Shown here: positions 9,173 to 17,994 of the stretch, in pieces | Numbering within the stretch: position 1 is the first letter of the stretch | Layout of the letters: every line of letters begins with the position of its first letter | IMG/VR virus record: IMGVR_UViG_3300021963_000030 | Direction: 5' to 3' (one strand) | DNA from: a virus | DNA: 64,000 nt | The notes under the pieces: model-generated | Seen by the model: the letters and a program-made list of their open reading frames with translations, nothing else | What the model was told of the DNA's origin: nothing | The model's database searches: none | Position numbers and translations under genes: made by a program

Positions 9173-9210
9173 TCCCAGTCATAATTATTTATCACCATTG
9201 TAACAAATTT

Positions 9211-11508
9211 ATGAACAAAGAGATTTTTATTAAAAAGCGTAACGGTAAGGTAGAAAAATTCAGTGCAGACAAAATCAATAAGGTCTTGCAATGGGCTACT
9301 GAAGATGTTAAGGGAGTTAGCTTTGAAGAAGTAGCAATGAATGCACACTTGTCGTTCTTTGATGGAATGACCACTAAGGATATTCATGCCATGTTGATCG
9401 AAGCAGCTGCAAATTTGATTAGTGAAGAAAAGTCTAACTATCAATATGTTGCTTCTAGACTTTTGAACTATAGTCTGAGAAAAGAAGTTTGGGGAGGTAA
9501 GAATCCACCCAAGTTGTATGATCTTGTCAAGGCAAATATAGAACATCTTGTATATGATGACCAAATCCTAGATTGGTATAGTAAGCAAGAGTTTGACAAG
9601 TTGGACGAGTATCTTAAACATGATCGTGATTTCAACTTCACATATGCTGGTATCAAACAATTGTGTGACAAATACCTTGTGCAAAATAGGTCTGTCAAAA
9701 AGTTGTATGAGACTCCTCAGTTTGCATACATGTTGATCGCAATGACGTTCTTTAAGGACTATAAAGAAGGTCGTTTGGATTTGGTCAAGAAGGCTTACAA
9801 TTACTTCAGTAAGCACAAGATCAATCTACCAACTCCTATCATGGCTGGTGTGAGAACTCCTATGAAGAGTTATGCTTCATGTTCTCTATTCACAGTTGAC
9901 GATACCCTCAAGAGTATTTTTAGTAACAACAGTGCAGTTGGTTATGCTACTGCAAGTCGTTATGGCATTGGTCTTAACTTGAGTCGTTTGCGTGCTACAA
10001 ACGCACCTATTCGTAACGGTGAAGTTATTCACACTGGTCCAATTCCATTTGCCAAGGCATTTGAGTCTACTGTAAAGAGCTGTCATCAGAATGGTATTCG
10101 TGGTGGAAGTGCAACCGTGAACTTTGCTTGGTTCCATTATGATATTATGGACATTCTTGTATTGAAGAACAATGCTGGAACTGATGACAACCGTGTTCGT
10201 AAGTTGGACTATTGTATTGGTCTTGACAAGTTGATCTTTGAACGTTTCTTGCAAAACAAGGACGTTACATTGTTCAGTTACCATGAATGTGCTTCACTTT
10301 GGAATAGTTTTGGCTTTGCTGATTTTAAGGAGAAGTATGAAAAGGCTGAGGCTAATAAGAATATTAAGTTCAAGAAGAAGGTGTCTGCCCGTGATTTGAT
10401 GATGCTTTTGGCAAAGGAACGTCTTGAGACTGGTCGTATTTATACTATGTTTGTTGACCATGCTAATGATCACGGCAGTTGGTTGGAACAAGTAGATACA
10501 AGTAATCTGTGTCTTGAAGTTAATCATCCTTTGATTCCTATCGAAGATGTCAATGATAAGAATGGTGAAATTGGCGTTTGTATTCTCGCTGCCGTTAACT
10601 GGATGGAAATCAAGGACGATGAAGAAATGAAGAGCGTTTGTGATGTTATTGTCAGAATGTTGGATTCTCTCATTGAACATCAAAACTACTTTGTGCCTGC
10701 TGCTGAAAACTTTGCCAAGAAACGTCGTAGTCTCGGCGTTGGTGTAAGTAACTTGGCTGCTTATCTTGCCCGTGAAGGTGTCAAGTATTGGGACAAGAAG
10801 GCTCCTAACCTTGTTGCCAAGATGATGGAGAAGCAGAGTTTCTATTTGATTGAAGCGTCCATTCAGATGGCAAAGGAACTTGGTAAGTGTGAGAAGTTTG
10901 ACAAAACAAAGTTTAGTCAAGGTGTGCTTCCAATTGATACTTATAAGAAGGATGTTGATGAATTTATCACAGAGAAGCTTCATTGTGATTGGGAAGCTCT
11001 TCGTGAGGAAATCAAGAAGTATGGAATGCGTCATTCTACGTTGACTGCTTGTATGCCTGTGGAATCAAGTAGTGTTATTCAGAGTTCTACCAATGGTATT
11101 GAACCACCTCGTAGTTTGATTAGTTTTAAGGGAAGTAAGAGCAACATCTTGCCAGTGGTTGTGCCGGGTATTGATAAGTTTAAGGAACACTATACTTTTG
11201 CTTTTGATATGCCAAACAACGAAGGATATCTCAAGGTAGCAGCTGCTATTCAGAAGTTTACTGATATGAGCATCAGCACTAACACATATTACATACCTTC
11301 TAGATATCCTAACAACAAGGTTCCAGTTCAAGAGGTCATTAAAGATATGATGTTGGCCTACAAGTATGGAATTAAGAATTTGTATTACGCAAATACTGAC
11401 GATGGCGACAAACAGACCGCCATGGAACACAAAAAGGTCGAGGCAACCAAGCCAGAGCCAAAGATCGAACAAGAAAGTGGTTGTGCTAGTGGCGCATGCG
11501 CCCTATAA
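9211..11508 (+). CDS. nrdA: class Ia ribonucleotide reductase alpha subunit with ATP cone
   Basis: IKKRNGKVE ATP cone, LPTPIMAG, ASCSL, TSNLCLEV, CMPVESSS, TNGIEP, IKNLYY, C-terminal CASGAC. Confidence 0.97.
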   Translation: MNKEIFIKKRNGKVEKFSADKINKVLQWATEDVKGVSFEEVAMNAHLSFFDGMTTKDIHAMLIEAAANLISEEKSNYQYVASRLLNYSLRKEVWGGKNPPKLYDLVKANIEHLVYDDQILDWYSKQEFDKLDEYLKHDRDFNFTYAGIKQLCDKYLVQNRSVKKLYETPQFAYMLIAMTFFKDYKEGRLDLVKKAYNYFSKHKINLPTPIMAGVRTPMKSYASCSLFTVDDTLKSIFSNNSAVGYATASRYGIGLNLSRLRATNAPIRNGEVIHTGPIPFAKAFESTVKSCHQNGIRGGSATVNFAWFHYDIMDILVLKNNAGTDDNRVRKLDYCIGLDKLIFERFLQNKDVTLFSYHECASLWNSFGFADFKEKYEKAEANKNIKFKKKVSARDLMMLLAKERLETGRIYTMFVDHANDHGSWLEQVDTSNLCLEVNHPLIPIEDVNDKNGEIGVCILAAVNWMEIKDDEEMKSVCDVIVRMLDSLIEHQNYFVPAAENFAKKRRSLGVGVSNLAAYLAREGVKYWDKKAPNLVAKMMEKQSFYLIEASIQMAKELGKCEKFDKTKFSQGVLPIDTYKKDVDEFITEKLHCDWEALREEIKKYGMRHSTLTACMPVESSSVIQSSTNGIEPPRSLISFKGSKSNILPVVVPGIDKFKEHYTFAFDMPNNEGYLKVAAAIQKFTDMSISTNTYYIPSRYPNNKVPVQEVIKDMMLAYKYGIKNLYYANTDDGDKQTAMEHKKVEATKPEPKIEQESGCASGACAL

Positions 11509-11526
11509 TGAGGAAGGAAGATAAAC

Positions 11527-12588
11527 ATGAAAACCGTATTAAACAAATATAACATCGACGTAACTAAGAACCCAATGTTCCTTGGAGAGGATCTTTCTCT
11601 TCAACGTTATGATAAACAGAAGTATCCAAAGTTCTATGATTTGTATGATCAACAGTTGAACTTTTTCTGGCGACCACAAGAGGTTTCACTTGTTAAGGAT
11701 ATTGCAGACTATAAGAATCTATCTGACGAAGAACGATTTGTTTTTGATAGCAACCTTAAGTTTCAGACTATGACTGACAGTATGTTGAGTCGTAGTATTC
11801 ACCAAATGATGAAACATGTCACCAATCCAGAATTGGAGATTTGTATGAACACTTGGAGTTTCTTTGAAACCATTCATAGCAATTCCTACACTTATATTCT
11901 CAACAATGTTTACCCAGATGCTACCAAGTTCTTTGACAGTATTCTTGAAGATAAAGAAATTGTCAAGAGGGCTAAGGCTATTAGTGAAAAGTATGATGCT
12001 TTGTTGGCAACTGACAAGGATGATATTCGTCAACAGATCTTTGATGCTATTTTGGCTACCCAAATCACTGAAGGTCTTGTGTTTTATGTATCGTTTGCTT
12101 GTTCCTTTTATTTCGGATATCGTGGTAAGATGGAAGGTAATGCAAAGATTATCAAGTTTATTAGTCGTGATGAAAACCTTCACGTTGCTATTACTCAAAA
12201 TATTATCAAACATCTATCTGAAAACAAGGACGAAGGTTTCCAAGATATTATCAAAAAGTCTGAAGACAAGATCTACGAAGCCTACAGAATTGCCGTAGAG
12301 GCAGAAAAGGATTGGGCTAACTATTTGTTCAGTAAGGGTAATCTTGTTGGTCTCACCAATGATAGTCTAAATACCTACATTGAGTGGCTCTGTAACAACC
12401 GTTTACAAAGTATTGGATATAAGAAGTTGTATCCTAACGCTAAAACGAATCCTTTGGCTGGTTGGTTGGATAGTTATTATGATAGTAAGAAGCTCCAAGT
12501 TGCTCCTCAAGAAACTGAGTTGAGCAGCTATGTAAAGGGTGTGGATAACACCATTTCAGAGGATGCTTTTGCTGGATTTAAGTTATAA
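11527..12588 (+). CDS. nrdB: class Ia ribonucleotide reductase beta subunit
   Basis: FFWRPQEV, FETIHSNSY (radical Tyr), EGLVFYVSF, RDENLH, PQETELSSY. Confidence 0.97.
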   Translation: MKTVLNKYNIDVTKNPMFLGEDLSLQRYDKQKYPKFYDLYDQQLNFFWRPQEVSLVKDIADYKNLSDEERFVFDSNLKFQTMTDSMLSRSIHQMMKHVTNPELEICMNTWSFFETIHSNSYTYILNNVYPDATKFFDSILEDKEIVKRAKAISEKYDALLATDKDDIRQQIFDAILATQITEGLVFYVSFACSFYFGYRGKMEGNAKIIKFISRDENLHVAITQNIIKHLSENKDEGFQDIIKKSEDKIYEAYRIAVEAEKDWANYLFSKGNLVGLTNDSLNTYIEWLCNNRLQSIGYKKLYPNAKTNPLAGWLDSYYDSKKLQVAPQETELSSYVKGVDNTISEDAFAGFKL

Positions 12589-12640
12589 ATAATATGTCAC
12601 TTTTTATGAGTGACGTATATTTATATGATAGACTTACCAT

Positions 12641-13282
12641 ATGAACTATAGAGATCAACTGAAAAAAGCTGTTAAAAAGATAGTAAGAGAGGTCATTGAG
12701 GAAAAGCCTACCGCGGTCAGCAAGACTTGGGCTGAAATGATGGAATCTTTGTCTAAAGAAATCAAGAAGCCTATTACCTTTGATGATGCTGGAAACTATA
12801 ATGTTTGTGAGTGTGAACCACATCGCATTAGCATTCGTCCTATAGTTCACGATATCTTTGACCTACAATATTTCAAAGATGGTGTAGAACGTCAAAAGGT
12901 ATTGTTTGTTCCATTCGACGAAGTAAAGAAGTATGTAAAAGAGTGGTTGAATTCGAAGGAACCAAATTATGTTGACACTTGTTACGAAAGAACAGTTGAT
13001 AACAGCAAGGATAAACAAGGTGGTAAGAAAGCAGACAATCAGGCTGAAGAACAAAACTTAGTTAATCCAGAAAAAGATAACAAGGTGGTAAAGTCTATCA
13101 AGGCCAAGCCTATGAATGATGCTAAGGACGATCCAACTGAACCAATGCGTCCAGTTGATAAGTTTGAAAAGCAATCAGATCATAAGTCCAAGAAACCATC
13201 ATACGAAACACCAAAACTACCAAAGAGTCTACAAAAGTTGGTAGTCAAGTATACCAAAGGTGGTAAAGCTCGTAAAAAGTAA
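12641..13282 (+). CDS. hypothetical protein, possibly head-associated
   Basis: 213 aa preceded by TATTTATA at 12618-12625. N-terminal KKIVREVIEE and a charged C-terminus. Confidence 0.65.
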   Translation: MNYRDQLKKAVKKIVREVIEEKPTAVSKTWAEMMESLSKEIKKPITFDDAGNYNVCECEPHRISIRPIVHDIFDLQYFKDGVERQKVLFVPFDEVKKYVKEWLNSKEPNYVDTCYERTVDNSKDKQGGKKADNQAEEQNLVNPEKDNKVVKSIKAKPMNDAKDDPTEPMRPVDKFEKQSDHKSKKPSYETPKLPKSLQKLVVKYTKGGKARKK

Positions 13283-13294
13283 ATAATCATCGTT

Positions 13295-13657
13295 ATGCCA
13301 GAGGGTGAATTCAATCCCAACAGTTACGATGCGGTATTATCTTCTATTAATACCCAATTGCAGATAATGAATACTACTCTGGCAAAAATGCAGACCGATG
13401 AAAGTGAAAATAATAAAGCAATACAAGAAAAGATAGAAAAAGTTGAAAAACAAATTGACGAGAAGATCGGTGATCTAAACGAAAATTTGACAAAAAGCAT
13501 AACCGAAGTAAATAATAAAGTTATTGCACTTGAATATTTCAGATATTATCTAGCTGGTCTTGTAACTGCTGCATCCGCAATTGGAGGAGCTATTTTTTCA
13601 TTTATATTTACTAAGTGGTTTGGCGGTGGTGGTCCTCCAGCATCACCATCTGCTTGA
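13295..13657 (+). CDS. coiled-coil protein with C-terminal transmembrane helix (holin/XhlA-like)
   Basis: Heptad coiled coil followed by YYLAGLVTAASAIGGAIFSFIF. Confidence 0.45.
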   Translation: MPEGEFNPNSYDAVLSSINTQLQIMNTTLAKMQTDESENNKAIQEKIEKVEKQIDEKIGDLNENLTKSITEVNNKVIALEYFRYYLAGLVTAASAIGGAIFSFIFTKWFGGGGPPASPSA

Positions 13658-13716
13658 ATAACAAAAATTAAGCACCGTCTAATCTTCGTTAGTCCAAATT
13701 ATAACAAAGGATAAAT

Positions 13717-14073
13717 ATGAATAAAGCGGTAATGGGTGTTGTTCTTGCTTCAATATTGACAACACAAGCAGTTAAGGCGGGAGACAGAGAATGGGCGGTA
13801 GTAGGCAAAGTCTTGACAGGTGTAGCGGCAGTGCATGTTATTGATAGAATTGTAAATCCTCCAACTCAAGTGATTTATGTTCAACAACCAGTAGTAGTGC
13901 AACAGCCTGTAGTGGTTCAACAGCCAGTGGTCCAACAAGTGGTGGTTCAACCCACACCAGTAGTTTATGTGCAACCAGCACCCGTGGTTTATTATTCTAC
14001 TCCGGTTGTAACAGTTTATCCAGGCTGTCCAACGCCGGTATATCATAGACGACATCATCACTGGCATCGATAA
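13717..14073 (+). CDS. secreted Pro/Val/Gln-rich protein
   Basis: AAGGA RBS, signal peptide (VKA/G), QQPVVV repeats, His/Arg tail, followed by a terminator. Confidence 0.7.
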   Translation: MNKAVMGVVLASILTTQAVKAGDREWAVVGKVLTGVAAVHVIDRIVNPPTQVIYVQQPVVVQQPVVVQQPVVQQVVVQPTPVVYVQPAPVVYYSTPVVTVYPGCPTPVYHRRHHHWHR

Positions 14074-14095
14074 TTTAAATAAAAATATCAAAATG

Positions 14096-14123
14096 AACCG
14101 CTGACAAAATCAGCGGTTTTTTT
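14096..14123 (+). terminator. intrinsic terminator
   Basis: AACCGCTGA-caaaa-TCAGCGGTT followed by a T-run. Confidence 0.9.
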
Positions 14124-14132
14124 ATTTGGGTG

Positions 14133-14160
14133 TTGACATACAAAAAGTATGTGGTAGGAT
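14133..14160 (+). promoter_or_regulatory. sigma70-type promoter with extended -10 and palindromic spacer
   Basis: TTGACA-N16-(TGG)TAGGAT. ACATAC-aaaaa-GTATGT inverted repeat at 14136-14152. Confidence 0.7.
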
Positions 14161-14201
14161 AGATGGTGTTGAGATCATCTATGAAAAACAAAAATACACA
14201 C

Positions 14202-15158
14202 ATGAATTTGACCACTACGGCGAATTTTGATATCAAGAAGTTCCTTGAAACTTGCAAGGATCTTCGTCCGTCCAGTTTGATTATGGACGATACCAAGTGG
14301 AAGTATATGGTTCGGTCCACTATCCGTGGCAAGAACATTCTTCTTCTTGGACCCACTGGTTGCGGTAAGACTCTTGCCGCTCAGACTGTTGCTAAGGTTG
14401 TTGGTAAGGAGAATAAGTTCTTCTATTTCAACCTTGGCGCCACGCAGGACGCTCGTGCTTCTCTGATTGGTAATACCCACTTCGATAAGTCTTCTGGAAC
14501 CTTCTTCAAGGAGTCTAGTTTTGTGAAGGCTATTCGCACTCCTAACGCCATCATTCTTCTTGACGAAATTAGTCGTAGTCATCACGATGGTGTCAATATT
14601 CTTATGACTGTTCTTGATGACCTACAACGTTATCTCCGTCTTGATGAGAAGGAAGACAGTGAGATTGTCAAGGTTGCTGATGGTGTTACCTTTATTGCTA
14701 CTGCCAACGTGGGCAACGAATACACCGCTACCCGTGTTATGGACCGTGCTTTGCTTTCACGTTTCCCCGTCAAGATTGAGATGACTCCTCTTGACCGTGA
14801 GAGTGAATTCAATTTGCTTAAGAGCCGTTTCGATATCACCGATGCCGACAAGTTGGATCTACTCAACTCTGTTTGCGATATCGCTGACCATACTCGTAAG
14901 CAAGTCAAGTTGGAGGACAGTAAGATTACCAACTTCTTGCCCACTCGTTCTACCGTCGAAATTGCTGAACTTATTGTTGATGGATTTAATTTGCTTGAAA
15001 TTGCCGAGACTACCATTTATCCTAACTTTAGTGAAGATGGTGGAGTTGACAGTGAACGCATTTACATGAAGCAGCTTGTTCAGAAGTATATCAAGACTGA
15101 TGCTAAAAGCAATCTGTTCAATGACCCTATCAAGGAATCTAATCAGGTTCCCTTTTAA
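14202..15158 (+). CDS. MoxR-family AAA+ ATPase (CbbQ/NirQ/CobS-like)
   Basis: GPTGCGKT, ILLDEISR, FIATANVG, MDRALLSRF, LPTRS. The start could also be 14181. Confidence 0.9.
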   Translation: MNLTTTANFDIKKFLETCKDLRPSSLIMDDTKWKYMVRSTIRGKNILLLGPTGCGKTLAAQTVAKVVGKENKFFYFNLGATQDARASLIGNTHFDKSSGTFFKESSFVKAIRTPNAIILLDEISRSHHDGVNILMTVLDDLQRYLRLDEKEDSEIVKVADGVTFIATANVGNEYTATRVMDRALLSRFPVKIEMTPLDRESEFNLLKSRFDITDADKLDLLNSVCDIADHTRKQVKLEDSKITNFLPTRSTVEIAELIVDGFNLLEIAETTIYPNFSEDGGVDSERIYMKQLVQKYIKTDAKSNLFNDPIKESNQVPF

Positions 15159-15190
15159 TAGTAACAATTAACAAATAACCGACTTAATTT

Positions 15191-17281
15191 ATGGCTAAGC
15201 AACACAGCGACTTCTGGATGGAGGATTATGATCTTGATTGGGATTTTACCGAAGATTCCGATGATCTGGATCTTTCCAACGCCCAGACTGAGAAGACTGC
15301 ACAGTTGATTAGGTTGGCAGCTGCACGTAGAGCTATTTCTAACTACGTGTCTATTCTCACCAACAAGACGATTCCCGTCATGTTTAATGATCAAAACGTT
15401 AGCATGACAGATGGAAAGACTGTTTATATTGGTGCTGATGTAAATGAAAAGGGTAACTTTGATGTGGCTGTCGGATTGGCGCTGCATGAGGGCAGCCATA
15501 TCTGTTACTCTGATTTTGATTTGTATAAGACCCTTTGGCAAAAGGTTCCTAGGGAGATTTATGACTACGCAGCTAAACTTAACATTTCTAAGGAAGAAGT
15601 GGCGAATGTCTGTAAGACGCTTTTCAACATTATCGAAGACCGATATATTGACTACACCGTTTACAAAAATGCGCCTGGATACCGAGGATACTACGAGGCG
15701 CTTTACGACAAGTATTTCAATGCTAGTGTGATCGACGACGGTCTTAAGAGTGATTTGTATCGCAATCTCAACGTAGAGTCATATTTGTATCGTATTGTCA
15801 ACATTACCAACAAGCATACTGATTTGGATGCTTTGCCTGGTTTGTATGATATTGCCAAGACTCTGAATTTGTCTAACATTGCCCGTCTTAAGACTGGTAT
15901 GGATCGACTTGAGTGTGCATTTACTATCGCAACTATTTTGTTCAAGAATATTAATGAAGCTGATCCTACGGTAAAGATTCAGATTCAGAGTGATATGCTT
16001 GCCGCTGGAGATGGCGAAGAAAAGAAGCCTTCCGAGAATAACAAGAAGAATGTCGAAAACAGTTCTGATAAGAAGTCCGAAGATGATGTTCTTGGTGGCG
16101 ACACTACCGCTGTAGAGACCACTAATGATGTTAATGATAAGGATAATATTGGTGACGATCCGAAGATTTCTGATACTAAAAAGTCTAAGATCTCCAAGGC
16201 CTTTCAGAAGCAAAAGGAGTTCATTTCGGGATCTCTAAAGAAAAAGAAGGTCACCAAGAAGGATAATCAGATTCTTAATACATTGGAACGTAGTCAGATT
16301 GATCTGGTTGACGTTGGACATGAGTATGTTGTTAGTCAAAACAGTGTTGGCGCTATCGAATGTATTTTGGTCAAGAACCTTACTAGGGAACTTGCTACTT
16401 CTGAAGAGTTTCCTCTTGGACCGTCTCGTTCATTTTATGGATATAAAGATCCAAGTGCTATTCCTCAGGTCATGGACCTACAGAAGGTTATTGACCAAGG
16501 TATTTGTCTTGGTGTAAAGATTGGCAAGCGTCTTCAGTTTCGTAACGAGGTGAATATTGAGAAGTTCTCTCGTAGGGAAACTGGTAGGCTTGACAAGCGT
16601 ATCATTCATGAGTTGGGTTTTGATGCAGAAAACATCTTTTACACCACGGCGACTTCCAAGTATAAGAAGATGCAGTTCCATATTAGTGTGGATGCTAGTG
16701 CAAGTATGAGGGGTCCGAAGTGGCGTAAGACTATGCTTCTTTGCACTTCTATTGCCAAGGCTGCTAGTATGTTGGAGAACATCCATGTTACTATTAGTTT
16801 TAGGGCTACCATGGACAAGTTGCCGTATGTGGTAATTGCTTATGATTCTAAGAGGGACAAGATTTCTAAGATCAAGAACCTTTTTGCTTATATTCATCCA
16901 GAAGGATTGACTCCAGAGGGATTGAGTTTCGAGGCAATCATGCGTGAAATTCCGCAGGCGGACCACAACTCTGAGAGTTACTTTATCAATATCTCTGATG
17001 GCGAACCTTGTTTTTCGTTCAATGGCGAGAGCGTGGAACAACCTATCGGATATAGTGGTAATGATGCTGCTCTGCATACTAGGAAGCAGGTCAACAAGAT
17101 TCGTGCTCTTAACTACAAGGTAATTTCTTACTTTATCAGTGAAAGCACCGATTCGGCTCAACAGTTGAGTGCATTGTTTAAGACCATGTATGGAAAGGAC
17201 AGTGTGTTTATTAATGTTGAGAATATCAATCAGATTGTTAACACGCTCAATAAAAAGATGTTGGAAAGTGTTGACGTATAA
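15191..17281 (+). CDS. HExxH metallopeptidase-like plus VWA domain protein (MoxR partner)
   Basis: GLALHEGSH, NIIEDRYID, acidic linker, GRLDKR, MIDAS VDASASM, GLTPEG, ISDGEP. Confidence 0.85.
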   Translation: MAKQHSDFWMEDYDLDWDFTEDSDDLDLSNAQTEKTAQLIRLAAARRAISNYVSILTNKTIPVMFNDQNVSMTDGKTVYIGADVNEKGNFDVAVGLALHEGSHICYSDFDLYKTLWQKVPREIYDYAAKLNISKEEVANVCKTLFNIIEDRYIDYTVYKNAPGYRGYYEALYDKYFNASVIDDGLKSDLYRNLNVESYLYRIVNITNKHTDLDALPGLYDIAKTLNLSNIARLKTGMDRLECAFTIATILFKNINEADPTVKIQIQSDMLAAGDGEEKKPSENNKKNVENSSDKKSEDDVLGGDTTAVETTNDVNDKDNIGDDPKISDTKKSKISKAFQKQKEFISGSLKKKKVTKKDNQILNTLERSQIDLVDVGHEYVVSQNSVGAIECILVKNLTRELATSEEFPLGPSRSFYGYKDPSAIPQVMDLQKVIDQGICLGVKIGKRLQFRNEVNIEKFSRRETGRLDKRIIHELGFDAENIFYTTATSKYKKMQFHISVDASASMRGPKWRKTMLLCTSIAKAASMLENIHVTISFRATMDKLPYVVIAYDSKRDKISKIKNLFAYIHPEGLTPEGLSFEAIMREIPQADHNSESYFINISDGEPCFSFNGESVEQPIGYSGNDAALHTRKQVNKIRALNYKVISYFISESTDSAQQLSALFKTMYGKDSVFINVENINQIVNTLNKKMLESVDV

Positions 17282-17299
17282 CAACTCGTCTGATATAAT
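17271..17299 (+). promoter_or_regulatory. strong sigma70-type promoter
   Basis: TTGACG-N17-(TGA)TATAAT. Confidence 0.8.
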
Positions 17300-17356
17300 T
17301 TAAAACAGGTAAACTATACCTAAACTACAAACATAAATAACAAGAAAGGATAAAAC

Positions 17357-17728
17357 ATGAAAAAGACTGATCGTAAGAATAAGACTAACCTCGTTGTCAA
17401 TTGGCCGAAGAATATCTTCACTATTGAGGAGTTGAACGAGAAGAACCCTGACTTTGTGAATATCACATTACGTGTTCGACTCAAGAAGGCTATTACCGAC
17501 AATGCGGTGTCCGAAGTTGGATATCTACACAATGGTAAGGGACGCCCTCGTTTGGTGTTGGCTTGTGCTCCTATTACGCAAGAGCATATTGCCGAGGCAA
17601 AGAGTAAGGGTGTTGTATTGAAGGATGGATTGAGTGTCAACGTTTTGAGTGTCAATGCTTCTAAGGAAGAGTCCGTTGCCACAGTTATTGAGTCAACCAA
17701 GTCACAGAGTGTTACTATGACTGTGTAA
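17357..17728 (+). CDS. small basic protein, possibly DNA-binding (winged-helix-like)
   Basis: Own promoter, AAGGA RBS and terminator. FTIEELNEKNP...ITLRVRLKKAI...GKGRPRLV. Confidence 0.6.
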   Translation: MKKTDRKNKTNLVVNWPKNIFTIEELNEKNPDFVNITLRVRLKKAITDNAVSEVGYLHNGKGRPRLVLACAPITQEHIAEAKSKGVVLKDGLSVNVLSVNASKEESVATVIESTKSQSVTMTV

Positions 17729-17736
17729 TAGTTGAT

Positions 17737-17976
17737 TTAAATATTGTGTGACCAAAGCGGACTGAGCTTAAGCTCTCCGCTTTTTTCTTTTGAATAATAG
17801 AATATAGAAGCATCTTTCATATGTTTCTTGATATTCTTAACTACACCTTCACACATATTCCAACTACCATAATAAATTGGTTCATCCATTTGACTATCAA
17901 AGATGCTGTATGATCTTTGACTTGTTTCAAATACAAAGAATGTTTGTTCTTTTGGATTGATCTTTTTGAACTTCAT
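17737..17976 (-). CDS. hypothetical protein
   Basis: 79-aa ORF filling the gap. TATTTATA motif 12 nt upstream on the minus strand. Confidence 0.55.
   Translation of the reverse strand: MKFKKINPKEQTFFVFETSQRSYSIFDSQMDEPIYYGSWNMCEGVVKNIKKHMKDASIFYYSKEKSGELKLSPLWSHNI
17754..17790. terminator. intrinsic terminator, probably bidirectional
   Basis: AAAGCGGA...GAGCTTAAGCTC...TCCGCTTTTTT between convergent genes. Confidence 0.8.
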
Positions 17977-17994
17977 GTTATACTATCTATAAAT

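Noticed and set aside
10294-11034. 246-aa antisense ORF inside nrdA (similar ones at 4532-5053, 11719-12213, 14175-14585, 16478-17284 and 34131-34601)
   Set aside because: Shadow ORFs produced by the codon bias of well-supported sense genes. No motifs, RBS or promoter.
14202-17281. cobS/cobT cobalamin auxiliary metabolic genes
   Set aside because: No CobN or other cob genes. The HExxH-VWA architecture fits a generic MoxR-VWA pair.
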